IMG/VR virus record: IMGVR_UViG_3300032258_000001
Location: 1-59,036 of that record
DNA from: a virus
Taxonomy: Duplodnaviria > Caudoviricetes
Direction: 5' to 3' (one strand)
Length of the DNA stretch: 59,036 bases
Shown: positions 10,359-19,999 of the stretch, one piece after another
How the letters are laid out: each line of letters begins with the position of its first letter
Position numbering within the stretch: the stretch's first letter is position 1
Notes under the pieces: model-generated
Database searches by the model: none
The model's input: only the letters and a program-made list of their open reading frames with translations
What the model was told of the DNA's origin: nothing
Translations under genes and position numbers: made by a program

Positions 10359-10694
10359 CTACTCCTCGGGCTCTTTCGCTTTGCGGGCACCTTTGTGCTT
10401 TTTATACATATCGACCATGCTGGATACCATGGTCTTTTTCTTCTTACCCTCCGAGGGTTCATCCAGCAACCATGGCACCTTCGTATCCACGAACATCTTA
10501 CCAAACAAGGGCGCGCCTTTGGAATACGCCATATCAAACTGATAGAACGTATCGGCGAGAAGATCACGCTCAATGTCGAGCATGATCAGGCTCTCCCTGG
10601 TAAGGCTCGCCTTGTCGTCTCTCGTTATCTTCGTAAAGTCTAGGGCACCGGTCCGAGCGGCCTTGATCGCTAGAACGGCCCAGCGCCCTTGTAA
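10359..10694 (-). CDS. tail assembly chaperone GT extension (reached by -1 frameshift)
   Basis: The -1 frame is open from the slippery site (LQGRWAVLAIKAARTG...) into ORF 10359..10583 (MLDIERDLL...). Confidence 0.7.
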   Translation of the reverse strand, partial: LQGRWAVLAIKAARTGALDFTKITRDDKASLTRESLIMLDIERDLLADTFYQFDMAYSKGAPLFGKMFVDTKVPWLLDEPSEGKKKKTMVSSMVDMYKKHKGARKAKEPEE

Positions 10695-11323
10695 AAATTT
10701 TCATCGAAACATGCGTCCGACAGCGCCATCTTCAGGTTCACGAACGAGTTCTGCACTCTCGAGAACATGCCGATGATCTGCTCATCCAGCTCACCGAAGC
10801 GCTCCAGGAAGTCCTTGTCGGCTTCATCCGGCGTTTCCGCCTTGGATGGCTCCAGCTTGACCTCTTTGTCGCCCAGGCGGTATGCACGCAGCATATAGAT
10901 GAGCTGCAACTTGCTGACCTTCACGCGGAATACAGTTATGTCGTCGATCGCCGTGAACTCGGTAATCACCTTGTTCATGCGCTCGGCTGTCTTGGTATCC
11001 ACCGTCTCGAACGTGACCTCAAGCTCACCCTTCATCAGCGGATAGGTCTTGGAGAAACGCGTGCCGCCAAGTGTCGCTCGCATAAACTCGCGGACATCCG
11101 CCTCAGGCGGTGGCTGCTTCTCTTTGCCCGGGTCATTACCACATACTCTGCACGGGGATGCCACTGCTTCCTCTTTGGGAGTTTCGGTCTGAGCTGCTTC
11201 TGGTTCTTGTTCCTGATCTGCATTGGACTTGACCTCTGCAAGCACTTCGCCGAGCTTCTGACGCTCTTCCTCAGTCATGTTTTCGCCGAGCTTGACAACC
11301 TCGGTCTTGATTTCTTGTGTCAT
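10670..11323 (-). CDS. tail assembly chaperone G
   Basis: 217 aa; carries an A-AAT-TTT slippery heptamer a few codons before its stop; upstream of tape measure. Confidence 0.7.
   Translation of the reverse strand: MTQEIKTEVVKLGENMTEEERQKLGEVLAEVKSNADQEQEPEAAQTETPKEEAVASPCRVCGNDPGKEKQPPPEADVREFMRATLGGTRFSKTYPLMKGELEVTFETVDTKTAERMNKVITEFTAIDDITVFRVKVSKLQLIYMLRAYRLGDKEVKLEPSKAETPDEADKDFLERFGELDEQIIGMFSRVQNSFVNLKMALSDACFDENFYKGAGPF
10694..10700 (-). other. programmed -1 ribosomal frameshift site A AAU UUU
   Basis: Minus strand GAA AAT TTT TAC fits X XXY YYZ in frame, and the -1 frame joins the downstream ORF. Confidence 0.75.
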
Positions 11324-11349
11324 GGTGTTTTCCTTTCCTTGTCTTTGCG

Positions 11350-14079
11350 TTACTCGCTCTTATTAACAATATAATGCTTCAAGAACGTTTTGCCAATAAG
11401 ATAGTCTACCAGGACAGGTGAATCGGGCTCATGTCCGGGGTAGGGGTAGGTGTCTTCGTCGTCGCGGTCTTTTACCGGTTTCTGCTCCCAGTCGGAACCT
11501 CCGCCGCCGACACTGAGCATGTTCTGCCAGCGTACCGTATGCATCAGGAAGTCCTGCTGGTCGACATCATCCGGCTTGTCGAACTGGAACCAGGGCTTCA
11601 GTATGGTAGTGTCCGTATGGTTGAGTACCCCGAAGAATGCGTTCGGGATGAGTCCTACGGTGAATGGTTCTATGGTGAAGTTAGGTGGGGTGTACTCCCT
11701 TATATAAAGCCCAGTATCTTCCGGGGCGTTCTTGAACTGCCCAGTGGATGCCCTTATGGAAGCAGCCTGGATACCGCCCGTCAAATCCAATGAGGTCGCC
11801 TTTATGGAGCCATTGATGCTGAGGGAGACCTGAGACGGCGGCGTCACTTCTTCCTGGGTGTCTCCAGTTTCGTCCACCCATGGGAACCCGACGATGCCTT
11901 GTACGGTTCCGCCTATGGTCAATGCCCCGCACGCGAACTCCGCTGCGGTGGAGACTATCTGCATCTTGTCGTTATCTATTCCGAAGGCCGCCTGCCCGGC
12001 CGAGAACCCGACGGTAGTCTCGAAGCGTCCGTACAGATCGCTGCCCTGCATCCATATAGGACCACCACGCGAATCCAGAAAGATGGAACCAGGTATGCTT
12101 CGCTCGAGTCCTTCGGCGTCTTCTTGCGGGGTGACGCCTATATACATGTCCTGTCCGGTCATCCGGAGGTCCGCCTTGGTGCGTATGGTGATTCCTTTCT
12201 CGTCCTCCAGGTTGCCTGAGGGGGCCTCCGACCTGTCCTCGAGAAGGATGCGTCCGCCTTCTTCCCCGTTACCCGCCAATACGTCTACGTTGGTCTCGGC
12301 CTTGATGCGCACGTTGCCTTCATCGGACACGATCTGCACCTCCTCGCCGGCTATGGTGGCCTTCCTGCGTGGCACCAACTCTATCATGTCACGCCCGGGA
12401 CGCAGCTCCAGATCAGCGGCGGAAGAGATGGTGATCCTGCCACGGAACATGCGGATCTCGCTTCCATGGCCATCACTGATGACGATCGTGCCGTCCGGCT
12501 GCTGCCGTATAACCGACTCAAGCGCATACAAGCGCCTGCTGAGCTCCGTTACGGGGTCTTCCTCGTCTATATGCGGCGGCTCGTCGTAGAATGGCTTACC
12601 AGCCTCCAGTGTCTCCAATTCAGCGATTTTGTCAAGCTCCAGGTCGGGGTACTCCTCTTTGAGTTCCTCCCGGGTCATCATACGCCAATATTCAGGGCGC
12701 TCCTTCACCTTGGTATTGCGGAACTTGTCGCTGTCCTCGTCAAACTCCTTGCTCTCGAGTGCCGCCGCGAAAGGGTAGAAGTCCTCCTCCCCCTCTTCTT
12801 TGTAAGTCTTCTCGTATGGGCCTTCCGGATCGATTGTTTCCAGACTGGCTTCGTCCAGCTCCCTGTCATGAGGCTTAAGCTGCTCAGGCACCGGTATATA
12901 TACCGACTTGACGTGGTCTATGCCGCCTGCAGCCCTGGTTTCATGGCGACCATCGTATGTCTTCCTGACGCTTACCTTGCCTATAGGGGGTTTTCCAGAC
13001 GCCGTATGAACCTCGTCCTCCTCGAATGGGCGGAGTATGGCTTCGAGCTCCCCGTCAGCCATAGGGCCTGCAAGCTCCGTATGCCTGAAGACGCCCAGCT
13101 GGTCTTCCTCGGTTAGCTCAGGTGGTTCATCGTCTCCTCCGGAGCCTCCGCCTCCTTCAGATTCCCCGGAATCATCGCCTCCCAGGCTTATGCCGAATGC
13201 CGACGTAGGCAGGCCGAAAGCCTCAAGGGCACTGGCTGCGGCATTCCCCGCAGTCTCCAGAAGCCCAGGCTCATCGCCGCCTCCACCACCCTTGGTGAAT
13301 GGCTCACTCTCTCCAACGGCTCCCATGCCCTCACGCTCGTTCATGGCATGTCGTTTGTAGTACAGCATGCCCTCTAGACCAGGCTCCCTGCCGTCCTCCA
13401 CTGCCATGCCGCGGTCTTCGAAGCTCCTGGCCGTCATACGCAGCTTGTCGTGGAATGCGAAAGCCTCCACCATGGCCATTGGACTGGCTCCGATGGAAGC
13501 TTTGGAGGCACAAACGGTAAGGAATGTATGCAGCGACCCATACTTTACGAAGTCACCGGCGAACGTGTCTGCCGGTCTTCCGAAGCTTATGTCACGCAGT
13601 GTCTTGTCGATCTTCTGGGTGGTGGCATACCCTTCTACGTACGTCTGTACGAAATGGTCCAGATCCTCACCGTGGAGGGTGGACCCAGGATAACCCTGTG
13701 CGGAGTCCATGAAGTTTTCAGGAGCTGCGCACAGTATGTAGCCAACTGAGCTGTTATACTGGGACGAAAGACCCTCATAGGTCTCCCTGTGGCAGGCAAC
13801 GAGTACGGAATCCCGTGCTTCGTACACAGGACCTCCCTGAACCCCGCTGCGTCCAAAAGATCCCTGCATACTGCAGCATGTAATGACGGTGCCCTGTGTG
13901 GTGCCGTGCCGGGGGAGTACGAGGTACAGCCCCAGGCCAGGATATACCATTAAGACCTCGCCTTGGATGAGATCCAAGTTGAGGCCTTTAACAGTTTCCT
14001 CCAAAGGTTTCGTGTCCAAGCGTCCAAGGATCTCCTGGAACCTTTCGGGGGACGCAGCCATAGCGTCGTTATCAGCCAT
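11350..14079 (-). CDS. baseplate central spike/hub protein (gp5/VgrG-like)
   Basis: 909 aa; N-terminal OB-like region and beta-repeat segment 'DGTIVISDGHGSEIRMFRGRITISSAADLELRPGRD...VQIVSDEGNVRIKAETNVDVLA'. Confidence 0.6.
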   Translation of the reverse strand: MADNDAMAASPERFQEILGRLDTKPLEETVKGLNLDLIQGEVLMVYPGLGLYLVLPRHGTTQGTVITCCSMQGSFGRSGVQGGPVYEARDSVLVACHRETYEGLSSQYNSSVGYILCAAPENFMDSAQGYPGSTLHGEDLDHFVQTYVEGYATTQKIDKTLRDISFGRPADTFAGDFVKYGSLHTFLTVCASKASIGASPMAMVEAFAFHDKLRMTARSFEDRGMAVEDGREPGLEGMLYYKRHAMNEREGMGAVGESEPFTKGGGGGDEPGLLETAGNAAASALEAFGLPTSAFGISLGGDDSGESEGGGGSGGDDEPPELTEEDQLGVFRHTELAGPMADGELEAILRPFEEDEVHTASGKPPIGKVSVRKTYDGRHETRAAGGIDHVKSVYIPVPEQLKPHDRELDEASLETIDPEGPYEKTYKEEGEEDFYPFAAALESKEFDEDSDKFRNTKVKERPEYWRMMTREELKEEYPDLELDKIAELETLEAGKPFYDEPPHIDEEDPVTELSRRLYALESVIRQQPDGTIVISDGHGSEIRMFRGRITISSAADLELRPGRDMIELVPRRKATIAGEEVQIVSDEGNVRIKAETNVDVLAGNGEEGGRILLEDRSEAPSGNLEDEKGITIRTKADLRMTGQDMYIGVTPQEDAEGLERSIPGSIFLDSRGGPIWMQGSDLYGRFETTVGFSAGQAAFGIDNDKMQIVSTAAEFACGALTIGGTVQGIVGFPWVDETGDTQEEVTPPSQVSLSINGSIKATSLDLTGGIQAASIRASTGQFKNAPEDTGLYIREYTPPNFTIEPFTVGLIPNAFFGVLNHTDTTILKPWFQFDKPDDVDQQDFLMHTVRWQNMLSVGGGGSDWEQKPVKDRDDEDTYPYPGHEPDSPVLVDYLIGKTFLKHYIVNKSE
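11368..11396 (-). promoter_or_regulatory. candidate promoter TTGGCA-N17-TATATT upstream of the chaperone/tape-measure genes
   Basis: Same TATATT -10 as the repeated motif with a variant -35; about 45 nt upstream of ATG 11323. Confidence 0.45.
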
Positions 14080-14086
14080 GGTATCT

Positions 14087-14548
14087 CTACTTGATTTCGA
14101 GCCCGTTTAGCAGCATGGTCATGCCCGTCGTGACTACGGACAGGTCTCCGATCGACGTGACGCTGACTTGCAGGTTCGTGAGAACACAGCCTGCTGCCAG
14201 GAACGTGATTGGCGTGCCACCTTCTTCCTCACAGTCCTCGATACCACCTGGCTTTATCGTCAGCACGTTGCTGGCTGCCTGGCAGATGTCCGAGTACTTC
14301 TCGAGGAAGTTCTTGATGGCTGCGTTTGGACCGACCAAGGCCGTCAAGCTGACCGAACCACTACCGCGTCCACCGATCAGGTACGTACCCTTGGTGTTCA
14401 GCGGTCGGTAAGGCGTAACCTGCCGGCCGTACTGCATCTGGAATCCGATGGCGACGAGATCCTCGCCGCCCTCAACGGTAAGAACCGCTTCGTCGAGATG
14501 CCATGCTCCAGCGATCCGTGAATCGCTCTGGAAAATGTCATTGGCCAT
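14087..14548 (-). CDS. tail tube protein
   Basis: 153 aa immediately after the sheath gene; beta-rich ('FQMQYGRQVT...GSVSLTALVG...GCVLTNLQVSV'). Confidence 0.7.
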   Translation of the reverse strand: MANDIFQSDSRIAGAWHLDEAVLTVEGGEDLVAIGFQMQYGRQVTPYRPLNTKGTYLIGGRGSGSVSLTALVGPNAAIKNFLEKYSDICQAASNVLTIKPGGIEDCEEEGGTPITFLAAGCVLTNLQVSVTSIGDLSVVTTGMTMLLNGLEIK

Positions 14549-14560
14549 TTATGTACCTCC

Positions 14561-17446
14561 TTAGAAGATGCGGAATTTGATGTTCAGGATGTTGAGCGGC
14601 TCGGGAAGGTCGAGGTCGACTTCGCACCAGATTTGGTCCTTGTTGACCGGGTCCTTGTAGAGCTTCTCGATCGTCATGTCCTGCAACTGCGGGCCGATCT
14701 GCGGCGGGAAGCTACGAGCCGTGATCAGGCTCTTTACCGAGTAGAGGCGGGAGCGGATGAGCTCCAGCATCTCGTCGGATACGTTGCCCCTGCCGTAGAG
14801 GTCGGATACGTAGTCGCGGAAGTCGCGGACGATCGCGTCCGCGTTGGTCGTGACGCTCTGCTCGCGATGGCCGACATCCTGCATGTCTGTCGTCAGCTGA
14901 TGACGGGAGTAGACGTCGCCTGCAGCGTCCTCATGGACGATCCAGACGCCTTGCGCCGCCATGTTGTTCAACTGGGTACCACCGAGGGTAATCGTGGTCG
15001 TGATGTCGAGGTTTTGCAGCTCGTAGTGGCTCAACGGCTGATGCGGTGCCACTGCGCTGCGAAGACCTGCGATGTATGCGGCCAGGACAGCCTTGGATAC
15101 GTCCGTCTCTCCGCCGAAGGCGAGGGAATCGGACCACAGGGCGCAGACCCGGCGATTTTCATGCTGCTGTGCGACGGCGCCTACCGAAGCGACGTACTCG
15201 TTCGGAGTTGCCGTGCGCCAGACTTCCATCTTGATGGCGATGCCGATGTCGGCTGCCGGGGCCTCGGTCACGGTCAGCTCAGTATCGCTTACGACCTCGT
15301 CAATGACATAGGTATCGTATACGGTACCGCCCTTGTTGTCGGGCTGATAGTTGATGTGAACCTTGTCACCAGCCCGGACGCCCTCGGCGACGAACTCGGC
15401 GTTCGCGCACACCAGGTCGGTCCCGATGAGTGTGGCCAGCAGATCGTTCTCATCGTTGCCGATGGTGTAGAACGAATCGTAGACCGGAACGTCAATGCCG
15501 CGGATCAACTGGCGGTAGAGTGCCCGCTCCTTGGCGCTTGAGAACTCAACGCTGGCTTCCAGTGCGTCGCAGACATCCTGCTCCGTACTGTAAGGAACCA
15601 GACTGTAAGGCTCGAGGCGCCAGTCCTGGATTCCTGCAGCAGTTTCGTACCCGTCCAGGTCGTCGGTCTCCAGCTGGATGTAGTAGACCAGCGTACCGTC
15701 GGCGGGTGTGAGGGCCGCCTTGACCATGAGGCTCAGGGGGTTGTCCTCGACCGCCGGGCCGAGGTTGTCCTCGACGTCCAGCACGTTGCTGAGTCCGAGC
15801 AGCTTGTTGGCGTCGGCTGTGAGCAGCTCCCGGTATTCCATGTAGAGGTCACCGGAGAGGAGCGTGTGCGCCGTGGTGATTCCAAGATACATGGCCGTAG
15901 TATAGGTGGCTCCTCCGCCAACTATGATACTCGCGGTGCTCGCCGTCCACCACTCATCGCCTAGATCGATGTCGTCGATGAGGCTCAAGGTGACGTCCAG
16001 CGTGGACACGTCGGTCGCACCGGTCAGCTTGTCCCGCAGGACCAGCGTGCGGACTGCGCCGAGTCCGGCTGCCGTGACTGCCACGAGGTATTTGTCGCCG
16101 GTTACCAGGTCTTCGTCTTCCTGGAACTGCAGCGTCACGCCCTGCGTCCCGATGACATTGTGAGCATCGGCAGTGACTGCAGTCGTGGTCATGGCGTCAG
16201 AGCCATTGATGGTGGTCGCCTTGATCGTGACGCTGTTGGTAGACACATACTCGACCCAAGAACCCGTTTCGTCGGCGACGTACGAGGTCACGATGTCGAA
16301 TGTATCATCGGTTATCTTGGTAATGGTGAGCGCCGAGCCGTTGTAGCTCGTGGTGCCGCTTATGGTCACCTTGTCGCCGGACACGAGCCCGTGCGAGGCA
16401 GAGGTGATCCTGGCTGCGCCGCTACCGTTGTCGGCCACTGCGGTGATGTCACCACTCAAAGATCCACGCCCGACGATCCCACCAGTAACCACTTCAACGA
16501 TGTAAGTGGTGTCGATGGCACCGATGTAGGTACCGGCAGCTTCTAGCGTCGGTACGACGTTCTTGGCTTCAAAGGTGACGGTCATCGAATCGCCGACGTT
16601 GATGGTCTCTGACGCTCCGCTACCGAATTCGATGGTTGCACCCTGATCGCCTATCTCATAGGCCGTACCGTAGGCGCTTGCAGTGAGCTCGCCATCATCG
16701 TCTCCGTTATTAGCGGTTACGGTGAAGACAGTACCAGGCAGCTTGTTTCCACTGCCAGCAGTTTTGACGGTAAGAATGTATGTCTCGGATGGATGACCGT
16801 AAGCCAGCCCCGTGAAACCGGTCTCGTCCAGGGTGACCGTCATGGACGCTTTTCCTGGTAGCGGCGAATCTTCATTGCTACTGGCCGCCACTATCTCAGC
16901 TGCGTTTCCGGTATCAGGCGTAGCATCGCCGCCGGCAACGTCACCGGCCACAGTTGCCTCGTCGACGTCGGCCACAAGGCCGCTGACGATGCTGTCCACC
17001 GTGGTACTGCCGAAGGTAACGCGGATAGCGTCACCGATGCGGACATCCCGGCTACCTAGAACAGCGCTACGGCTGTAACCGTTGGCAGTCTTGAAGATGT
17101 AAGTATCGAAGCGGATGCGGTTACCGTTGTCCTCGAGGAGTCCGATTGGCGCAGTCCCGCCATCGCCGGTGACGGCGTCGTTGAAGTATTGAAGTACGGC
17201 ATCCTTTACCTTCAGGATGGCGGAACTGACGTCCACTACGCCATCGGCGGCCTTGTCGGGCCACGCGGTGAAGCTGTTGCCGCTGGTGTCATCGTACGCG
17301 CCGAGCAATGCCTCTTCCCCTTCCACACCGTAACGATGAAGCCCGTAACGGGGGGCGAGGATACAGGCATGCAGCGGCAGAGAGTTCGCGGCCGGGACGG
17401 ACACGAGTTCCTGCTCAATCAGCAGTGCGGGAGGTTGATAAGTCAT
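14561..17446 (-). CDS. contractile tail sheath protein
   Basis: 961 aa; N-terminal 'YQPPALLIEQE'; C-terminal sheath domain 'AAYIAGLRSAV..HQPLSH...REQSVTTNAD...YGRGNVS...DQIWCEVDLDLPEPLNIL'. Confidence 0.85.
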   Translation of the reverse strand: MTYQPPALLIEQELVSVPAANSLPLHACILAPRYGLHRYGVEGEEALLGAYDDTSGNSFTAWPDKAADGVVDVSSAILKVKDAVLQYFNDAVTGDGGTAPIGLLEDNGNRIRFDTYIFKTANGYSRSAVLGSRDVRIGDAIRVTFGSTTVDSIVSGLVADVDEATVAGDVAGGDATPDTGNAAEIVAASSNEDSPLPGKASMTVTLDETGFTGLAYGHPSETYILTVKTAGSGNKLPGTVFTVTANNGDDDGELTASAYGTAYEIGDQGATIEFGSGASETINVGDSMTVTFEAKNVVPTLEAAGTYIGAIDTTYIVEVVTGGIVGRGSLSGDITAVADNGSGAARITSASHGLVSGDKVTISGTTSYNGSALTITKITDDTFDIVTSYVADETGSWVEYVSTNSVTIKATTINGSDAMTTTAVTADAHNVIGTQGVTLQFQEDEDLVTGDKYLVAVTAAGLGAVRTLVLRDKLTGATDVSTLDVTLSLIDDIDLGDEWWTASTASIIVGGGATYTTAMYLGITTAHTLLSGDLYMEYRELLTADANKLLGLSNVLDVEDNLGPAVEDNPLSLMVKAALTPADGTLVYYIQLETDDLDGYETAAGIQDWRLEPYSLVPYSTEQDVCDALEASVEFSSAKERALYRQLIRGIDVPVYDSFYTIGNDENDLLATLIGTDLVCANAEFVAEGVRAGDKVHINYQPDNKGGTVYDTYVIDEVVSDTELTVTEAPAADIGIAIKMEVWRTATPNEYVASVGAVAQQHENRRVCALWSDSLAFGGETDVSKAVLAAYIAGLRSAVAPHQPLSHYELQNLDITTTITLGGTQLNNMAAQGVWIVHEDAAGDVYSRHQLTTDMQDVGHREQSVTTNADAIVRDFRDYVSDLYGRGNVSDEMLELIRSRLYSVKSLITARSFPPQIGPQLQDMTIEKLYKDPVNKDQIWCEVDLDLPEPLNILNIKFRIF

Positions 17447-17473
17447 GCCAGGTCTCTCCTGTGTTGTTTTACT

Positions 17474-18157
17474 TTATGACTTGTTCACAATAAAGCCTAT
17501 ACCTTTTAATATAGGTGCTATCGGTTTCAATTTCCACCCATGTGCGTTTGTCCAGGTGATTTGGACACCCACCATGTAGTTTTCGTGGTCATCTTCTATC
17601 TTCTGACTTTGGCTGATGGCTCCCACATGGAAGCCGCCTAGTTTGAAGTCTTGTTGTATGGCCGGACCGTACTCCAGAAGCATATAAAACACTTCCTCTG
17701 CAAGCCTTTCCGCCGCCATGTCGCTCTTGGCACTGCAGCATATAACCTGGTGCTGGCAGACGATGAGCTTCATAAAATCGATACCTTCCTGATTGCCCGT
17801 CTTGGGGCTGAAATGCGGTATGGCCCTATCGCGGAGAACTATCCGCTGCACCTGCACCTGTCCGCGGCTGACGTACAAAGCCGGCCGCTGTTGCAGGTGA
17901 GTGGCGTCATATTTCCGCCATGGCTCGATGTGCACCCTGCTCTGCGCATCCTCGTCATCGCTGTCCGGCAGCCAGATCAGCTTGCGGAGCTTGGAGTCGC
18001 TGATATTGGTGGCGCGGCTAAAATGGTTCTCGAGCAGCTTGAGTATGACCCCGGTCATTATACTCGGCCTGGTATCCGTGCTGCACAGCGAAGACGGGTC
18101 CGCCTCGGAGAGCACTTCTTGGGGAGTATCCCAGGTAGGTTCAGGTAGTATGGGCAT
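17474..18157 (-). CDS. putative tail terminator/completion protein
   Basis: 227 aa between neck genes and sheath; 'QQRPALYVSRG', 'AERLAEEV'. Confidence 0.55.
   Translation of the reverse strand: MPILPEPTWDTPQEVLSEADPSSLCSTDTRPSIMTGVILKLLENHFSRATNISDSKLRKLIWLPDSDDEDAQSRVHIEPWRKYDATHLQQRPALYVSRGQVQVQRIVLRDRAIPHFSPKTGNQEGIDFMKLIVCQHQVICCSAKSDMAAERLAEEVFYMLLEYGPAIQQDFKLGGFHVGAISQSQKIEDDHENYMVGVQITWTNAHGWKLKPIAPILKGIGFIVNKS
17508..17537 (-). promoter_or_regulatory. candidate phage promoter GTGGAAA-N17-TATATT upstream of the sheath gene
   Basis: Minus strand gTGGAAA ttgaaaccgatagcacc TATATTaaa, about 60 nt before the sheath ATG. Confidence 0.65.
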
Positions 18158-19017
18158 TAGAATTCATCCTCTTCGCATAAATCGTCATACCAGGTATGCT
18201 CGGTTCCAGTTGTAACCACCACAGGTTCCTCGGTGGCTTTGTCGTTTCCTTCGGGCTCCTTGTAGATGACGTCGGTCATAGGTATCCTGTGCAGCGTAAG
18301 TTGGTAAATAATGGGCACGCCCTTGATCTCGGTTACATCCTTTACTCCGCGGACAACCCACCTTGTACCGTTGTTGGAGTCGAGCCACAGGTCGTTCTCC
18401 TTGATTAGCGTCGGGTAGGCCACGCAGCGTACGACGCGCTTGGTGTCATCCTGCAGGGCCAGGTCGGTACGCTGCATGAGGTGGCTGCGACCCACCGGGT
18501 TCACCGTGAGCGGGATGGGCGCGTAGTAGCCGTCCACTATGCCAGTGCCAAAGCATACTTCGCACTGCCCATCCACAGGCTCGTCAGTATCGTAATCCGC
18601 ACACTCGGTACATGTCGTGCCCCACTCTCGTCGCTTGAGAATGACGCCGGGAAGACCGAGCTTAACGTAACTGAGCAGCTCCTTGCGAGCGAGCTCCCTT
18701 GCCAAGATGAAATCTTCCCTGGACCAGTTTCCTATGGAGCGTACAGGAACCGAGTACACCCAGTTTCCACCGCCGTCACTGTCGTAGCGTACGCGATAGA
18801 AGGTGTTCATATCCTTGTTCCAGTTCCAGCGAACTGGGTCGATATAGTTGCAGTCATCCGTGATCGGCCCTGCAACCTCTTCCCATTCACCGCCTGATCG
18901 CGCCTTGTCTATATAGAAGTCGACGGACCCGTCCGGGGAGAAGTTGCCCTTCATCTCCCAGTGGATGATCTTCTGCATTCTCAGATCGGTGCGTACGTAT
19001 GTCCACTCAAAGCTCAA
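18157..19017 (-). CDS. putative neck/head-closure protein with Cys4 zinc-binding motif
   Basis: 286 aa; 'CTECADY...CEVCFGTGIVDGYY'; lies between the adaptor and terminator genes. Confidence 0.55.
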   Translation of the reverse strand: MSFEWTYVRTDLRMQKIIHWEMKGNFSPDGSVDFYIDKARSGGEWEEVAGPITDDCNYIDPVRWNWNKDMNTFYRVRYDSDGGGNWVYSVPVRSIGNWSREDFILARELARKELLSYVKLGLPGVILKRREWGTTCTECADYDTDEPVDGQCEVCFGTGIVDGYYAPIPLTVNPVGRSHLMQRTDLALQDDTKRVVRCVAYPTLIKENDLWLDSNNGTRWVVRGVKDVTEIKGVPIIYQLTLHRIPMTDVIYKEPEGNDKATEEPVVVTTGTEHTWYDDLCEEDEF

Positions 19018-19916
19018 TAGACTCTCCAGCCTCCAAAGGCAGCGCTGCCAAGATTACCATAACAAGCATGCGAGTTAAGCCTGACCTTCTCCTGCTTGGC
19101 CCAGCTGCGCCACTCGTCGATCAACTTCTGGCCCAGGTTCTCGTAAGCATCCCACTTGCGCTTGTCGTTGACGGAAAGACCGCCCGCGCTGTACTGCAGG
19201 TCATCCCGCAGATACTTGCGGGCGGCAGTGCGCATCAGATAACCGGCGGTGGCTTTCCGCCAGTTTTCGCGATACGGGAAAGTCGCGCCCGTGAAGGTCT
19301 TCACCGGGGGTAGCATCTCGTTCCACTCCTCGATCGGGCGCATCATGCAGAAGGCGATCTCAGTGTCGCTGAACTCGTACTCCAGTAACAAATTGTTGGC
19401 CTCCGGCATGCTGTCGCGCAAGACAAGCCGCACTTCGGCGATGTTGATCGGCGTATTACCACTGACGGTCTGAGTGATGCTTTTACGCACCTCCAACCAC
19501 ATCGGCCACTCGGCGATGATCTCCTCGCTGGCATTGTAGCCCACTATACCAGCATACCACATGCCCGCATACGGGATGTCGGCTGGATCGAGGTCCAGGG
19601 TGACGATGCCGTCAGTCCCTGGCGGAGAAGCCATGTTCACATCCTTCTCCAGGTAGAAATCCTGATGATGGAGCATCTCCTTGGCCCAGAACTTGAGGCT
19701 CGTTACGCCCAGCGCTTCCAGGTCACTCTCGACAGCGCCTACGAGTGTCTTGTACAACTGGATGGTGAACGTCTTCTCCATGTCTGTGACAAGAGACAAT
19801 ACGGGGTAACCGGCGTCTTCGTGGCCGCCTTCGTTGTTGTTACCACCGCCGCCGCTTCCACCGCCGCCGACGCCACCGCCGCCACCTTGGCCTAAGCATA
19901 GTTCTGGTATGGGCAT
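19014..19916 (-). CDS. putative head-tail adaptor/neck protein
   Basis: 300 aa; C-terminal 'EVRLVLRD...NNLL..EFSDTEI...YSAGGLSVND' is adaptor-like; Gly-rich N-terminus. Confidence 0.6.
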   Translation of the reverse strand: MPIPELCLGQGGGGGVGGGGSGGGGNNNEGGHEDAGYPVLSLVTDMEKTFTIQLYKTLVGAVESDLEALGVTSLKFWAKEMLHHQDFYLEKDVNMASPPGTDGIVTLDLDPADIPYAGMWYAGIVGYNASEEIIAEWPMWLEVRKSITQTVSGNTPINIAEVRLVLRDSMPEANNLLLEYEFSDTEIAFCMMRPIEEWNEMLPPVKTFTGATFPYRENWRKATAGYLMRTAARKYLRDDLQYSAGGLSVNDKRKWDAYENLGQKLIDEWRSWAKQEKVRLNSHACYGNLGSAAFGGWRVY

Positions 19917-19927
19917 GATCTTCTCCT

Positions 19928-19959
19928 AAATAAGAGGCTGCGGGCCTGAACCCGCAGCC
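19928..19959 (-). terminator. hairpin / probable intrinsic terminator after the patatin gene
   Basis: Perfect 9-bp stem GGCTGCGGG/CCCGCAGCC (19936-19959) with a 6-nt loop, followed by TCTTATTT on the minus strand. Confidence 0.55.
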
Positions 19960-19999
19960 GGCAGCAAGGGCAGGTACGAGCTAACCCAGGACACCAAAT

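Noticed and set aside
648-17446. T6SS, tailocin or extracellular contractile injection system
   Set aside because: Capsid, prohead protease, scaffold and neck genes are in the same gene run, indicating a complete phage.
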